Positions 63,001 to 64,000 of a stretch of 64,000 nt of DNA are shown piece by piece. Position numbers and translations under genes: made by a program. Each line of letters begins with the position of its first letter. Positions within the stretch are counted from its first letter, which is position 1. The DNA is from Dicyema japonicum (taxonomy: Eukaryota > Animalia > Dicyemida). Under the pieces are notes generated by a model, which did no database searches, had not been told where the DNA came from, and saw only the letters and a list, made by a program, of their open reading frames with translations. The DNA is taken from NCBI GenBank assembly GCA_011109175.1, contig RDEW01000055.1, positions 77,516 through 141,515 of the forward strand. Direction: 5' to 3'.

Positions 63001-63235
63001 GTTGTGAGGAGTGGTACATCACTAAAAAGGAAAATATACTATCATTATTAGAAAAGTTTAGAAGATCAGAGATAAGGTTGTCTTTAGAGACTACATGCCG
63101 GCTTGAGAATAGAGGAGTTCAAGATTCTTGTCCAATAAAACAGATAGTTGATAACAGGATTCGCGGCTTCCACAAAAGAACGCATGAAAATTGAGGCGAT
63201 AGGGGACGAGAGAGGTGTCCAAATCGAAAAGGCGG
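60040..63235 (+). mobile_element. Jockey/I-group LINE with gag-like ORF1 and ORF2 (degraded)
   Basis: Zinc-knuckle relics KCFRCAG..CVNCG..GCP (60615-60735); EN start LKIVLVNSRSL..VVNETK; RT MIPKPGKP..YGPIS, LDISKAYDNVW, IYTDD. Confidence 0.75.
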
Positions 63236-63254
63236 AATAAATTAAATAAATTAA

Positions 63255-64000
63255 ATTATTAACCCCGGCTTCGCCAGCAAGTGGGAAGCCGGCGACCATC
63301 AGAGAGCGTGCAGTCCGGACAGGCCGCTCCCAGAGATCCTCGACTTTTGCATCCGGTGGTCCAGGGCAGGGAAAAAGGTCCCGAACTACTCTGCCAGCCA
63401 GGAAAGGGTGGTGTCCACATCGTAGGCGAGCCAGTCCGATTCTGATCTTCCTCGGGAGCGATTGTTCCGTTGGACTGATATCAGGGGGGAAGCGCTCCAA
63501 GACTTTGTTATATTGAAGTGTCCTCGAGATGAAATCATGGATTCGGCGGGTCCAAGTTGAGTCTTCTTGAGGGGGGGGGGTGATCTTCGACAAGGCTCTT
63601 TGTAGGTCAAAGAGGGTCCTGCGTATGTATCTGCGGTTATTGTTACTTAGCAGAGCGTGAACTGGGTGATTCGGGTCGAACGACTGCCGTAGGAATTGTA
63701 AATTACGCATTTCCAGGTGGTCATAGAGCGGGAGGATTTTCAACTCCCAATGTAAATGGTCGGTGGGGGTTGACTTTAAGCAGCCGGTTATTATTCTCAG
63801 CGCCGAGTTTTGCACTTTCTGCAGTTCTTGAAAGGGACAAGGAGATTGAGGGGGCCCAACTTGGTGCGGCGTAGTTGAGTGTAGTCCTGATGAACTGTTT
63901 GTAGAGAAGAGTTAAGTTTTCTTTTTGCTGACCGTTTGGGTGGCCAGCTACTGCCCGTAATATGTTAAGTTTCCGCTTGGCTTTTGTCATTACTTCCTCC
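63255..64000 (-). mobile_element. Ingi/Vingi-like LINE 3' end (runs off window)
   Basis: QNSALRIITGCLKSTPTDHL..LARLRCGH..EDLWERPV; ends gccggggttaataat. Confidence 0.85.

Noticed and set aside
374-63990. Most 60-130 aa ORFs in the supplied track
   Set aside because: They are antisense or alternate-frame shadows of TE reading frames, or single exons read through introns.

Overview
AT-rich eukaryotic DNA. A POU-homeobox gene makes an animal most likely. Most of the window is decayed, nested transposons: RTE-clade LINEs, CRE-clade RLE elements, Ingi/Vingi-like and Jockey/I-like LINEs, a Ginger2-type DDE element, hAT and Tc1/IS630 relics, and a tRNA-like SINE. Islands of host genes sit between them: hnRNP Q/R, calnexin, SNX14, an intronless divergent POU gene, C21orf58/DUF4587-like, NUFIP1-like and a DEPDC1-like pseudogene. 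The ORF track misses these genes because ultrashort introns break them up: 48 hand-parsed introns in three genes, about 20-25 nt with a mode of 22 nt. That architecture is known from dicyemid mesozoans, but the taxon is my inference only. Main points: (i) four introns of normal length with GT donors but no AG acceptor; (ii) in-frame stops inside conserved frames that are TAG, two of which close an in-frame 18-nt GT..TAG segment; (iii) almost every intron-containing gene carries lesions; (iv) a four-level nested insertion whose Ginger integrase has seven tiny introns; (v) a telomeric-repeat insertion; (vi) conserved short leaders on the retroelements. All protein identities come from recalled motif similarity, not database searches. 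Edges of degraded elements are approximate.
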